A stretch of DNA of 64,000 nucleotides from Leptotrichia alba (GCF_041199985.1 NZ_CP165647.1:606864-670863); one strand, 5' to 3'; shown: positions 30,473 through 40,894, counted from the first letter of the stretch. Numbers and translations: made by a program. The notes: a model not told the origin generated them from the letters alone.

Positions 30473-31390
30473 TTAGAAAGTTTCCTTTGAAATCTCAATT
30501 TCATCATACAATTTGTTTACCAAATCTTTTTCTGCAAGTCCATAAGAATACGCTGTCGCACTTCCTGAAGCAACTGCAAGTCTAAATGAATCTTCTGGAG
30601 AAAGACCTTTTACAAATCCAGCGATAAATCCTGCAACCATTGAATCTCCCGCTCCGATTGAGTTAATCAGCTGTCCTTTTGGAACTGATGCTTCCAGCAC
30701 AAAGTCTTTATTTACAAGCAATGCACCTTCACCACCTCTGGAAAGAATAACATTTTTTACACCCTTATCCAAAAAGAATTTACATTTTTCTACAATTTCA
30801 GCCTTTGTTTCTAATTTTTCATTAAACATTTCTCTTAGTTCATGAATATTTGGCTTAACAAAAAGATTGTTATGAATATTGTCCTGTAATAAATTTCCTC
30901 TTGTATCAAGTACAATTTCCACGTCAGCTTTTACATTTTCAGATAGCTCTTTGTAAATTTTACTGCTGATTGAAGCTGGGACACTTCCTGAAAATACAAG
31001 TATGTCTCCGTCTTTTAAATCAGAAATTTTGTTAATTAATTCCTGTAATTTCTCAGCTGTAATTTCTGGTGAAACTCCTGTAAGTTCAGTTTCCTTATCG
31101 TTACCATTAATTTTTACATTAATTCTAGTATTTCCTTCAAGTTCCACAAATTCAGATTTGATATTATCCTTTTTTAGATCCCTGATAATAAAATCTCCAA
31201 CAAATCCTGCAACAAATCCAATTGCTGTAGATTCCACATCCAAATTTTTCAGTACCTTTGAAACATTAATTCCTTTTCCACCCGCTCTATAATTTACTTT
31301 ATGAGCAAGATTCAAATGTTCAGCCTGCAAATCGTCCTTAAGATACATGTCATAATCCAACGCTGGATTCAATGTCAATGTGTAAATCAT
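30473..31390 (-). CDS. fruK: 1-phosphofructokinase (pfkB family)
   Basis: MIYTLTLNPALDY N-terminus, GGKGINVS and C-terminal GAGDS motifs. Start set to the ATG at 31390 with RBS GAGGAGG; the ORF-track MRRKK is the RBS. Confidence 0.85.
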   Translation of the reverse strand: MIYTLTLNPALDYDMYLKDDLQAEHLNLAHKVNYRAGGKGINVSKVLKNLDVESTAIGFVAGFVGDFIIRDLKKDNIKSEFVELEGNTRINVKINGNDKETELTGVSPEITAEKLQELINKISDLKDGDILVFSGSVPASISSKIYKELSENVKADVEIVLDTRGNLLQDNIHNNLFVKPNIHELREMFNEKLETKAEIVEKCKFFLDKGVKNVILSRGGEGALLVNKDFVLEASVPKGQLINSIGAGDSMVAGFIAGFVKGLSPEDSFRLAVASGSATAYSYGLAEKDLVNKLYDEIEISKETF

Positions 31391-31504
31391 CTTTTTCCTC
31401 CTCAAATCTAACTATATTTCTAAATATTATTTTCCGCTATATATTTATAACATTAGAAAGTTTAAAAGTCAAACATTATTAACAACATTTTCAATCTTTT
31501 AATA

Positions 31505-31533
31505 TTAAAAAAAGCTGGACTTTTTATCCAGCG
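31505..31533 (-). terminator. Rho-independent terminator downstream of the SPFH gene (GCTGGA-loop-TCCAGC plus U-run, minus strand)
   Basis: 6-bp stem preceded on the plus strand by A7. Confidence 0.5.
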
Positions 31534-31550
31534 TTCCAATTTTATTCAAT

Positions 31551-32450
31551 TTATTTTTTATCTGTTTTCGAAAGCTCTGAAAATGCACTCACCATTCCAG
31601 CTAGATTTTGCAATTCGCTTGGAATAATGATTTTTGTAGCTTGTCCATCTGCAACTTTTTCAAAAGTTTCCATTCCTTTTAGTGATAATACTGCTTTTGT
31701 CGGTGCAGCTTCATTTAATAATCTTAATGCTTCTGCTTGTGCTTTTTGAACTGATAAAATAGCTTCTGCACGCCCTTCGGCTTCTTTTATCTGTTCTTCC
31801 TTTCTAGCTTCCGCCCTTAAAATCGCAGCTTGTTTTTCACCTTCTGCAACAAGTATTGCAGCTTCCCTTTTTGCCTGTGCTTCCAAAATATTTGCCCTTT
31901 TTTCACGCTCTGCCTTCATTTCCTTTTCCATTGCAACACGAATGTCGGCTGGTGGCAAAATACTTTTTAATTCCACACGATTTACTTTTATTCCCCATGG
32001 ATCTGTCGCATCATCCAGTTCCTGACGCATTTTTGTATTAATAATATCCCTTGAAGTCAAAGTCTGGTCAACTGTCATATCTCCAATAATATTTCTCAAA
32101 GTTGTAGCCGTTAAGTTTTCAATTGCTGAAAGCGGACGTTCCACTCCATAAGTGTATAATTTTGGATCAGTTATTTGAAAATAAACAACTGTGTCAATTT
32201 GCATTGTGGCATTGTCTTTTGTAATGACTGGCTGAGGCGGAAAATCCACAACTTGTTCCTTTAACGACACGCTTCTTGCAACTCTATCAAAAAAAGGATT
32301 TAAAAAACTCAACCCAGAACTTAAGGACCTATCGTATTTCCCTAGTCTTTCAATAATGAGTACTCGTGACTCTGGCACAATTTTTACTGCTTTTAAAATA
32401 TAAATTAATGTAATTACAATAAGAACAACAACTAATGGTAAGAACAGCAT
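31551..32450 (-). CDS. SPFH/band-7 (stomatin/prohibitin-like) membrane protein
   Basis: N-terminal TM helix followed by an SPFH domain and a coiled-coil-rich C-terminus (EAQAKREAAILVAEGEKQAAI). Confidence 0.85.
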   Translation of the reverse strand: MLFLPLVVVLIVITLIYILKAVKIVPESRVLIIERLGKYDRSLSSGLSFLNPFFDRVARSVSLKEQVVDFPPQPVITKDNATMQIDTVVYFQITDPKLYTYGVERPLSAIENLTATTLRNIIGDMTVDQTLTSRDIINTKMRQELDDATDPWGIKVNRVELKSILPPADIRVAMEKEMKAEREKRANILEAQAKREAAILVAEGEKQAAILRAEARKEEQIKEAEGRAEAILSVQKAQAEALRLLNEAAPTKAVLSLKGMETFEKVADGQATKIIIPSELQNLAGMVSAFSELSKTDKK

Positions 32451-32480
32451 AATGTTACCTCCTATATTTTCATTTTAAAA

Positions 32481-32909
32481 TTAATATTTTCTTTCCAGAA
32501 TTATTTTATTTCCTCTAAATTCCTTAATTTTTACAATTTCTCCAGCTGAAAAAATCTCTTCGCTTATCCCTGTCCAGATAGAACCTTTAAATTTTACTTC
32601 ATATTCCTTTTCAATTCTTCTAGCATCCACAATTTTTTCAACTTTTACATCAGCTCCTTTCATGCTTGAATTAAAGCTATTTTTTTTCTGCATGTCAATG
32701 TATCTACGTAAAACTGGACGTGTAAAAATCAAAAAAATTAGTGAAAGCACTGCAAATACGAAAAATTCGATTGTCGAATCATTGGAAAAATTTGAAAAAA
32801 ACATTACAATTAATGCCGAAAGAGCAAACCATATTGTTACAAGTCCAGGAATAATAATTTCCAGAACTGCAAAAGTTCCTGACAAAATTGCCCAAAATAA
32901 TGCTCCCAT
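32481..32909 (-). CDS. NfeD-family membrane protein (partner of the SPFH protein)
   Basis: Two to three TM helices plus a C-terminal OB-fold-like soluble domain; classic NfeD-stomatin operon arrangement. Confidence 0.8.
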   Translation of the reverse strand: MGALFWAILSGTFAVLEIIIPGLVTIWFALSALIVMFFSNFSNDSTIEFFVFAVLSLIFLIFTRPVLRRYIDMQKKNSFNSSMKGADVKVEKIVDARRIEKEYEVKFKGSIWTGISEEIFSAGEIVKIKEFRGNKIILERKY

Positions 32910-32923
32910 TTTAATCGCCTCCT

Positions 32924-33034
32924 TTAAAAGCCTACACCAATCCTAACTTCACCTTTTCCTTTACTTTCACCATTCACACTGCTGCAAGCAGTAATTGCAA
33001 ATAAAATCATAAATAGAATAAACATCTTTTTCAT
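32924..33034 (-). CDS. unannotated mini-lipoprotein ORF, 36 aa (MKKMFILFMILFAITACSSVNGESKGKGEVRIGVGF)
   Basis: Found manually. RBS GGAGA 7 nt upstream, lipobox ITAC. Its stop is 14 nt before the NfeD start, whose RBS lies in between. Confidence 0.35.
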   Translation of the reverse strand: MKKMFILFMILFAITACSSVNGESKGKGEVRIGVGF

Positions 33035-33052
33035 AACTTTTTCTCCAATCTT

Positions 33053-33166
33053 TTAAAAATAAACTCCGACTCCTCCATGCACTCCACCAGGTCCAACACC
33101 TATATTGGCTGATATACATGAACTCAAAGCGAAAGCCAATAAAACCAATATTAAAAGTTTTTTCAT
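33053..33166 (-). CDS. unannotated mini-lipoprotein ORF, 37 aa (MKKLLILVLLAFALSSCISANIGVGPGGVHGGVGVYF)
   Basis: Found manually. RBS GGAGGG, lipobox LSSC, glycine-rich C-terminus similar to the neighbouring mini-ORF. Confidence 0.35.
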   Translation of the reverse strand: MKKLLILVLLAFALSSCISANIGVGPGGVHGGVGVYF

Positions 33167-33303
33167 ATTCCCTCCATTTTAAATTTATTTTACTTAATAT
33201 ATTTTACAACATAATTTTAATTTTGCAACTTTATTTACAAAAATTTTTCAAAATTATTTAAATTCCAAAACAAGAGCATAAAAATAATGCTCCTGCCTAA
33301 AAA

Positions 33304-35944
33304 TTATCTATATAAACTCATCGATTCTGTTAATTTAGCAATTTTATTTTCAAGCTCTTCTTTTATTCTTTTCTCTTTTTCTACAGCCTCAGGATTTGCC
33401 TTCTTAACAAAACTTTCATTGGACAATTTTTTTAAAGTTTTATCTAAATCTTTTTGAATTTTTGCAATACTTTTTTCCAATTTTTCAATTTCCTTATCCA
33501 AATCAATTAAATCAGCGAGCGGAACATAAATTTCAGTTGTTTCAACCAGCCTAAATCCTACCAGCTTTGGAATTTCCACATCAAATTCATATTTTTCAAC
33601 ATTTGCCAGTTTATCCAATATTTTGGCATTATTTTGTAAAATATTCCTTGCATTTTCATCAGTTGTCTTGAAAATAACCTCAATTTTCTTAGATGGCGAA
33701 ACATTTGTCTCTCCACGAATATTTCTAATTGCCGAAATAACTTCCTTCAGATAGTCAAATTCCTTTTCAGCTTCAATATTTATAAATTCTTTTTCCTCTT
33801 TTGGAAAGTCTGATAACATAATTGTTTCTTCGCCAGTTTGTAATTTTTGCCAAATTTCCTCAGTAATAAACGGCATAAATGGATGCAGCATTTTCAGCCC
33901 TTTATCAAGGACATGTCTTAATACCCATTGTGCCACAACTTTATCACTGCCTTCCTGTCCATAAACACGTGTTTTGGCAATTTCCACATACCAGTCACAG
34001 AAATCTCCACGGAAAAATTCGTATGCCAATTTTGCAGCAGCGTCCAATTCATATTTTTCCATATTTTCATTAATCAATTTTGAAGCAGTCTGTAATTTGG
34101 ATAAAATCCATTTATCTTCCAACTTAAACTCTAAGTTATCCACAGTTGTTGAAATATCAAAATCTTCCAGATTTGACAACACAAATCTTGACGCATTCCA
34201 CACTTTATTTGCAAAAGCTGAACCCATTTCAAGCAGTTTTTCTGAAAAATGGATGTCCTGTCCTTGTGAAGTATTGTACAAGAAGCTGAATCTTATTGCA
34301 TCTGCACCGTATTTTGCTATCAAGTCAAGCGGATCTGGTGAATTTCCTAGAGATTTACTCATTTTTCTACCTTTTTCATCCCGTATAATTCCGTGCAAAT
34401 ATACATAGCTAAATGGAATTTCATCTTTTATGTAAAGGCTCATCATTACCATTCTTGCTACCCAGAAGAACAATATGTCTGCCCCTGTAACAAGTGCATT
34501 TGTCGGAAAGAACTTTTTCAGATCTTCAGTTTCATTTGGCCAGCCCAATGTTGAAAATGGCCATAATGCTGATGAGAACCAAGTATCAAGCACATCAGTT
34601 TCTTCCGTCAAGTTCACATCTTTTCCAAATTTTTCACGCGCCTGAATTTTTGCCTCTTCCAGACTTTTTGCCACAAAAACTGTTCCGTCTTCTGAATAAT
34701 AAGCAGGTATTCTGTGTCCCCACCAGATTTGACGTGAAATTGTCCAGTCCCTTATATTTTCCAGCCAGTTGTAATAAACTTTTTCCCATCTTTTTGGCGT
34801 AATTTGAATTTTTCCATTTTTTACAACTTCCAGCTTTTTGCAAGCGGCTCCATTTTTACAAACCATTGCGTAGAAACTCTTGGCTCAATAACCGAATTAC
34901 ATCTGTAGCAATGCCCCACAGCATTCTTATGCTCCTTCACTCCAACTAGCAGTCCCTGTTCTTCCAAATCAGCAAGTATCGCCTTTCTAGCCGCAAATCT
35001 TTCCAGTCCTTGATATTTCCTCCGTTTTCATTTACATGTGCATCTTCTGTAAAAATATTTAAAAATGCAAGCCCAGTTCTTTTTGCCACTTCAAAGTCGT
35101 TAGGATCGTGTGACGGAGTCATTTTAACTATCCCAGTTCCAAATTCCATATCCACGTATTCATCTGCCACAATTGGAATTTCTCTGTTCATAAGAGGCAA
35201 AATTACAGTTTTTCCAATCAGATGTTTGTATCTTTCATCATTAGGATTTACTGCAACTCCTGTATCTCCAAGCATTGTTTCAGGACGAGTTGTAGCAATT
35301 ACAAATTCTTCATCACTATCTTTAATTGGGTATCTGATTTCCCAGATTTTTCCATTTTTATCCTCATGATTCACCTCATCATCAGCAAGTGCCGTCTTAT
35401 CATGCGGACACCAGTTTACAATGTATTCTCCACGATAAATAAGCCCATCATTATAAAGTTTGATAAACACTTCTTTTACAGCTTCCGAAAGCCCTTCATC
35501 CATAGTAAATCTCTCTCTTGTCCAGTCCAGCGATACTCCCAGTTTTCTAAGCTGCTTTGTAATTAGCCCGCCATGTTTTTCCTTCCATTCCCAAGTTCTT
35601 CTCAAAAACTCATCATATCCAATTTCCTCTTTAGAAGTTCCTTCATCAGCCAGCATTCTCTCAACTTTGTTTTGTGTAGCAATTCCGGCATGATCCATTC
35701 CTGGAATCCAAAGCGTATCAAATCCACTCATTCTCTTGTATCTAATAATTGTATCCTGTATTGAATTATTAAGCATATGCCCCATATGCAAAATCCCTGT
35801 AACATTTGGTGGCGGAATGGCAATTGAATATCCTGGCTTTTCTGCATTGTGCTGTGCATTAAAATACCCTTTTTCTTCCCATATTTTATACCATTTATCT
35901 TCTATCTCATTTGGTGAATAAACTTTATTCAGTTCATTTGGCAT
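33304..35944 (-). CDS. valS: valyl-tRNA synthetase; reading frame interrupted twice (about 34975 and about 34830) within 150 bp, giving three frame segments
   Basis: N-terminal fragment (class I HIGH motif [13 protein letters not shown]) and C-terminal fragment (KMSKS, coiled-coil tail) are listed as separate ORFs. Manual translation finds the bridging segment [53 protein letters not shown] in a third frame. Confidence 0.85.
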
Positions 35945-36131
35945 TATTTTTCCTCCTGTTTTAATTTTTATATATTTTTTATTTAAATTTCTTCATTTTA
36001 CAAATCATATTTTAGCATAAAGATAATTTTTTTTCTACTTTATATAAAAAAATTAACAAAAAAAGCTCACTAAAATGATCAAACATCATTCAAATGAACT
36101 TTTTAATAATAAATTTTTAAAATTAAATTAT

Positions 36132-36401
36132 TTAAAACGCTGTAATTGTTGCAAGCAACCCAAAAATTACTCCTGGCAAATTTGCTGCTGAAAGAGGATA
36201 ATCTTTTTTTTCCTTTAAAAGTCCATAACTTGTCCATATTGTACAGTTAATCGTTGCTGCTAAAGGCTGTAGGAAAAATGTTTTATTCCCATGCAAGTTT
36301 CCCATTATTTGCGGAACATAAGACACATACATTATTACAGAAAGCAATGTTCCGATCCATCCTAAAATTTTCAAGTTTTTTTCGCTCATTTTGTCCTCCA
36401 A
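36132..36401 (-). CDS. SemiSWEET-family (PQ-loop) sugar transporter, 89 aa
   Basis: Three predicted TM helices with the PQ motif (VPQIMGN) characteristic of bacterial SemiSWEETs. Confidence 0.7.
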   Translation of the reverse strand: MEDKMSEKNLKILGWIGTLLSVIMYVSYVPQIMGNLHGNKTFFLQPLAATINCTIWTSYGLLKEKKDYPLSAANLPGVIFGLLATITAF

Positions 36402-36472
36402 TCTTTCCCATTTTAGTAGATCAATTACGGTAACAGTATATCACAAAACATTCAAAAAATCAAAAATAATAT

Positions 36473-36499
36473 TTGACAAAGTAAAAAATATGGTAGACT
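36473..36499 (+). promoter_or_regulatory. candidate promoter of tRNA-Cys: -35 TTGACA (36473..36478) and extended -10 TGgTAGACT (36491..36499)
   Basis: Hexamers seen directly, with 15-nt spacing to the -10 element. Confidence 0.35.
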
Positions 36500-36513
36500 A
36501 ATCAAAGTCAAGT

Positions 36514-36588
36514 GGCGACATGGTCGAGTGGCTTAGGCAGAGGTCTGCAAAACCTTGTACACCGGTTCGAATCCGGTTGTCGCCTCCA
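36514..36588 (+). tRNA. tRNA-Cys (anticodon GCA), CCA end encoded
   Basis: Hand-folded cloverleaf: acceptor GGCGACA/TGTCGCC, anticodon stem GAGGT/ACCTT with loop CTGCAAA, T-arm ACCGG-TTCGAAT-CCGGT, discriminator U plus CCA. Confidence 0.85.
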
Positions 36589-36803
36589 TTAATTGATTAG
36601 TGATAAATAATGTCAAAAAGATATAACTACGAAATGTGGTTATTTTTTTTATTTTTTCAAAATTGAATTTTTACTGTATAATATAAAATTTTCAACCATT
36701 TTATCAGCTCGGTATTAAAAGAATTCAAACATATTTTCAAATTAAAATAAATATGATAAAATGAAAAGAAATAAAAATATTATTAGAAAAGAGGAAATTT
36801 TTA

Positions 36804-38117
36804 ATGAATACAAATAATTCAAAAATAATTTATGAAAAAGCAAAAAAAGCTATTCCAGGAGGTGTAAACAGCCCAGTCAGAGCATTTCAGTCTGTGGATA
36901 AAGAATATCCGATTTTCATAAAAAGTGGAAATGAGAGCAGACTTTATGATGAAGATGGTAATGAATATGTGGATATGATTGGTTCCTGGGGACCTATGAT
37001 TTTGGGACATAATTATCCGCAAGTTTTGGAAATTGTGAAAAAGGAGCTGGAAAATGGGACTTCCTTTGGATTGCCGACGAAAAAAGAAGTGGAGCTGGCT
37101 GAACTTGTAAAAAGCTGTTTTCCTTCGATTGAAAAATTAAGACTTACTACTTCGGGAACGGAGGCGGCTATGGCTAGTGTACGACTGGCTCGTGCATTTA
37201 CTGGAAAAAATAAAATTGTAAAATTTGAAGGGTGTTATCATGGACATTCTGATTCGCTTCTTGTAAAGGCTGGCTCGGGATTTTTGACATTTGCACATCA
37301 AGATAGTAACGGAATTACAGAAGGAGTTGTAAAAGATACGATAACACTGCCTTTTGGAGATTTTGAAAAATTGAAGGAAACTTTGGAAAGCGAGAAGGAT
37401 ATTGCTTGCGTGATTATTGAGCCAATTCCAGCAAATATGGGGCTTATTGAAACGAAAAAGGAATATTTGGAAAAAATACGTGAAATTACAAAAAAAGAAA
37501 AAGTTGTGTTAATTTTTGATGAAGTTATTTCAGGATTTAGAATTTCTTTAGGCGGAGCTCAAGAAGTATTTGGAATTACGCCTGATTTGACAGTTTTAGG
37601 AAAAATAATTGGTGGCGGTTATCCAGTTGGCGGTTTTGGCGGAAAAAAAGAAATTATGGACTTAATCTCTCCTGTCGGAAATGTTTATCACGCTGGAACT
37701 CTTTCTGGAAATCCAATTTCAGTTGCAGCTGGAATAGAAACAATTTCTATTTTGAAAAAAAATACTGAAATTTATGAAAATATCAATACAAAAACAGAAA
37801 ATTTAGTAAATCAGATTAATGAATTAATAAAAAAATACAGCATTCCAGCAAGCGTAAATCATTTTGGAAGCCTGTTCACAATATTTTTCTCAAAGGAAAA
37901 AGTTGATACTCTGGAAAAAGCAATTTCCTCAAACGCTGAATTTTATAGCATTTATTTTGATACAATGCTTAAAAATGGAATAATTGTGCCGCCTTCAAAA
38001 TATGAAGCACATTTTGTTTCTTATGTCCATAATGATAAAGATATGGAAAAATTTTTGACAGGTGTAGAAAAAACTTTTGAAAAAATTTCTGAAAAAATAA
38101 AAAATGAGGAAAAATAA
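36804..38117 (+). CDS. hemL: glutamate-1-semialdehyde 2,1-aminomutase
   Basis: AIPGGVNSPVRAF, class III aminotransferase fold, 437 aa. Confidence 0.9.
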   Translation: MNTNNSKIIYEKAKKAIPGGVNSPVRAFQSVDKEYPIFIKSGNESRLYDEDGNEYVDMIGSWGPMILGHNYPQVLEIVKKELENGTSFGLPTKKEVELAELVKSCFPSIEKLRLTTSGTEAAMASVRLARAFTGKNKIVKFEGCYHGHSDSLLVKAGSGFLTFAHQDSNGITEGVVKDTITLPFGDFEKLKETLESEKDIACVIIEPIPANMGLIETKKEYLEKIREITKKEKVVLIFDEVISGFRISLGGAQEVFGITPDLTVLGKIIGGGYPVGGFGGKKEIMDLISPVGNVYHAGTLSGNPISVAAGIETISILKKNTEIYENINTKTENLVNQINELIKKYSIPASVNHFGSLFTIFFSKEKVDTLEKAISSNAEFYSIYFDTMLKNGIIVPPSKYEAHFVSYVHNDKDMEKFLTGVEKTFEKISEKIKNEEK

Positions 38118-39232
38118 AATGAAGGAAAAATCAGAAAAAATTTTATTTGACACAATAAAAAAAATTAAACCTCTGGATAAAACTAGAATGAAAAAAAAGG
38201 AAAACGAACTTAATTCACTGCTCAAAACTCCAAAAGGACTCGGAAAACTGGAAGAGCTAGCAATCAAACTTGAAGGAATGAGCAAAAATTATAAACCAAA
38301 AAAAAAGATGGTACTTGTAATGGCAGCTGACAACGGAGTAGAACGTGAAAAAATAAGCAAATCAAAACGTGTTATCACACAATATGTAGTTGAGGCAATG
38401 TTAAACGGAAAATCTTCGATTAATGCTTTGGCAGCAGTTTACAATGCAGATGTAAAAGTAGTTGACTTGGGAATTGACAAACGTTCAGATACAAAAAAAG
38501 AAATTAATCTTACAGGAACTATTGAAAAAAACTTATGGAATTTGGAACTGAAAATATTGCTAAAGAAGCCGCAATGAGTTATGAAACAGCTATAAAAGCT
38601 ATAAACACAGGAATTGAGCTAGTTAATAAGTTTGTGAAAGAGGATATAATTTGTTTGCAACTGGAGAAATGGGAATTGGAAATACCACGACAAGCAGTGC
38701 CGTTTTAAAGGTTCTGACAAATTTACCGCTAGATGACATTGTCGGCTATGGAAGCGGCATTGATGATAAAACTTTGGAACATAAAAAAAATGTTGTAAAA
38801 AAGGCTATTGATATTAATGGACTGACAAATTTCTTTGATGAAAATGAAAAAAATAAAATGAACGAAGAAATTTATAGACAAAAAATAATAAATGTACTCG
38901 CAAAAGTTGGGGGACTGGATATTGCGGGAATGACAGGAACGTTCTTAGGATGTGCAGAAAATCAGATTCCAGTCGTAATAGACGGCTTTATTTCAGCGAT
39001 TGCCGCTCTTGTTGCATATAAAATCTGTCCAATTTGTAAAGATTTTATGATTGCCTCGCATCTGAGTGAAGAGCCTGGAATGAAATACATTATGCGGGAA
39101 CTGGATTTAAAACCAATGCTTTTTATGAACATGAAACTGGGAGAAGGAACTGGGGCGGTTATGATGTTTCCTGTGATTGAAGGGGCTTGTAATGTTAGTG
39201 GAACTGTTAGAAAATATCCTGATTTAAAATAA
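38104..39232 (+). CDS. cobT: nicotinate-nucleotide--dimethylbenzimidazole phosphoribosyltransferase; frame interrupted twice (A7 run near 38527 and ATAAT/ATAAAT near 38645)
   Basis: Two ORF-track fragments plus a bridging segment MEFGTENIAKEAAMSYETAIKAINTGIELVNKFVKEDI in the third frame. Downstream GEMGIGNTT motif typical of CobT. Confidence 0.8.
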
Positions 39233-39246
39233 ATATTTATAAATAA

Positions 39247-39274
39247 TTAGTATCTATAAATTAGTATCTATAAA
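39247..39274 (+). repeat. perfect tandem duplication, 2 x 14 bp (TTAGTATCTATAAA)
   Basis: Seen directly in the cobT 3' intergenic region. Confidence 0.8.
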
Positions 39275-39465
39275 TTTGTTTAATCAAAAATTTTATACAT
39301 ATTCTAAGAATAGATATAGATTTTAGCAAAATTTCTATAAAAAAAGTCTCTTAATTAACTCAATATTAGTTTTTAAAATAAAAATTTGACAAAATATTAA
39401 AAATTTGATATAAATTATACACTTACATGTTACAAAAATTAATATAGAAAGTAGAGGTAAACTTA

Positions 39466-40050
39466 ATGAAAAAATTATTATTATTAGGTGCGTTAATAAG
39501 CTCAATTGCTATGGCAGATGTAATTGAAGCTAGATTAGGTGTAGATTTATCAAATAATGGAAAAGTGAAGTATGGTAACGGTGATTTTACAAGTGGATTT
39601 GAAATCGGGGGTGAATATAGAAGAGAAGTTATGGAAAATCTTGAAATGGGTGGAGGATTTTCTTATAATTACAGTAAATTAAAAGCTGGAGATGCTCCAG
39701 GTGTAACTGCAAGAGGAGTTCATTCAATGCCTGTTTATTTTACAACTAGATATAAATTTAAAGATTTTAATGGAGTTACACCTTACGTAAAAGGTAATTT
39801 AGGGATTGCAATTAATTCAGGAAAACTAGAACAAAAGGATGTTTTTGAAGTAAAATATAATTCAGGATTCTACTATGGAGCAGGGGCTGGAATTGAATAT
39901 AAAAACTTTGTTGCTGATTTATCATACAATGTAAATACTATGAGTTCAAAATATACTACTAAAATACCTGGTGCTGTTAATTGGAATCAAAAATACAATA
40001 GTAATGCTGGAGCATTTACTTTAGGACTAGGTTATTCATTTAAATTTTAG
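39466..40050 (+). CDS. small outer-membrane beta-barrel protein (OmpW/OmpA-like 8-strand family)
   Basis: Signal peptide, alternating hydrophobic beta-strand pattern, C-terminal GLGYSFKF. Confidence 0.65.
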   Translation: MKKLLLLGALISSIAMADVIEARLGVDLSNNGKVKYGNGDFTSGFEIGGEYRREVMENLEMGGGFSYNYSKLKAGDAPGVTARGVHSMPVYFTTRYKFKDFNGVTPYVKGNLGIAINSGKLEQKDVFEVKYNSGFYYGAGAGIEYKNFVADLSYNVNTMSSKYTTKIPGAVNWNQKYNSNAGAFTLGLGYSFKF

Positions 40051-40094
40051 TAAGTTAAAAATAATCAAATAACGATAAAAAACAAAAAAACTTT

Positions 40095-40123
40095 CTTTCA
40101 AAACCGATTGAAAGTTTTTTTTT
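40095..40123 (+). terminator. Rho-independent terminator (CTTTCAA-aaccga-TTGAAAG followed by T9)
   Basis: Perfect 7-bp stem and a long T-run directly after the OMP gene. Confidence 0.7.
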
Positions 40124-40381
40124 ATACATTAGACCTATTCAATAATCTGTAATTCAAAATTATAAATTGTACAAATTAACAAAAATCTTACGAAAAATTT
40201 GATATTTTATTTGGCTAATACTAAAAATGTGGTATAATATATTAGAGTTCTATTAATATAGTTTAAAATGTATAAATTAAATAGTGAAAAAATTAATTAT
40301 AATGAGAAGTATTTTAAAATAAAGTTATAATTCCTGAATAAAATATATGAACTTATAGCTAAGCAGAAAGGAGAAATTTGA

Positions 40382-40894
40382 ATGATAGAACAAAACAATG
40401 TTAATAACAGTAATAATGTAGTAAAAATTGTATTAGCAGCTGTTATTGGATTTCTTTTGCTAATTTTACTTGCAGTTGGAATAATTTATATTGTCAGTAC
40501 ACAGAATAAAATATCAAAATTGGAAAAGGAACAGCAGGAAGTAATGAAAAGGCAATTAGAAGCCCAAAATATGGCTTCGATTCAAACAGTACCCCAATTA
40601 CAGCCGCAACCAGTTCAACAGCAGCAGTCACAGCCAGTAAAAAAAGAAGCTAAAAAAACTCAAAATACAGAAAAAGATTCTCAGTCATCAGAGCCTGTAA
40701 TATTTTATATAGATGGAAGTGAGGATGAAGATGGAATAGTCAGCGTAAGACTAGAACCAAAAGAAGGATCAGAACTCATAGCTGATTTATCAAACGGAGA
40801 ACCTGTAGAGTATTTGGGAAGAAAAGGAGAGTGGTATTATATTAAATATGATGGCGGAAAAGGTTATGTTCCTAAAAGTGGATTGAAGCGATAA
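40382..40894 (+). CDS. membrane-anchored SH3b-domain protein, paralog 1 (N-terminal TM, KISKLEKEQQE motif, Q/P-rich linker, C-terminal SH3_3-like domain)
   Basis: Domain order read from the sequence; C-terminal GEWYYIKYDGGKGYVPKSGL resembles bacterial SH3. Confidence 0.6.
   Translation: MIEQNNVNNSNNVVKIVLAAVIGFLLLILLAVGIIYIVSTQNKISKLEKEQQEVMKRQLEAQNMASIQTVPQLQPQPVQQQQSQPVKKEAKKTQNTEKDSQSSEPVIFYIDGSEDEDGIVSVRLEPKEGSELIADLSNGEPVEYLGRKGEWYYIKYDGGKGYVPKSGLKR

Noticed and set aside
35010-35921. Cluster of plus-strand ORFs across the valS N-terminal region
   Set aside because: Antisense to valS.
33304-35944. valS and cobT as genuine pseudogenes
   Set aside because: Both are essential or pathway-critical. 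All frame breaks fall at homopolymers, and the same pattern occurs in unrelated genes, so sequencing artefact is more parsimonious.
39247-39274. Possible CRISPR-like repeat
   Set aside because: Only two 14-bp units in direct tandem with no spacers. No cas genes anywhere in the window.
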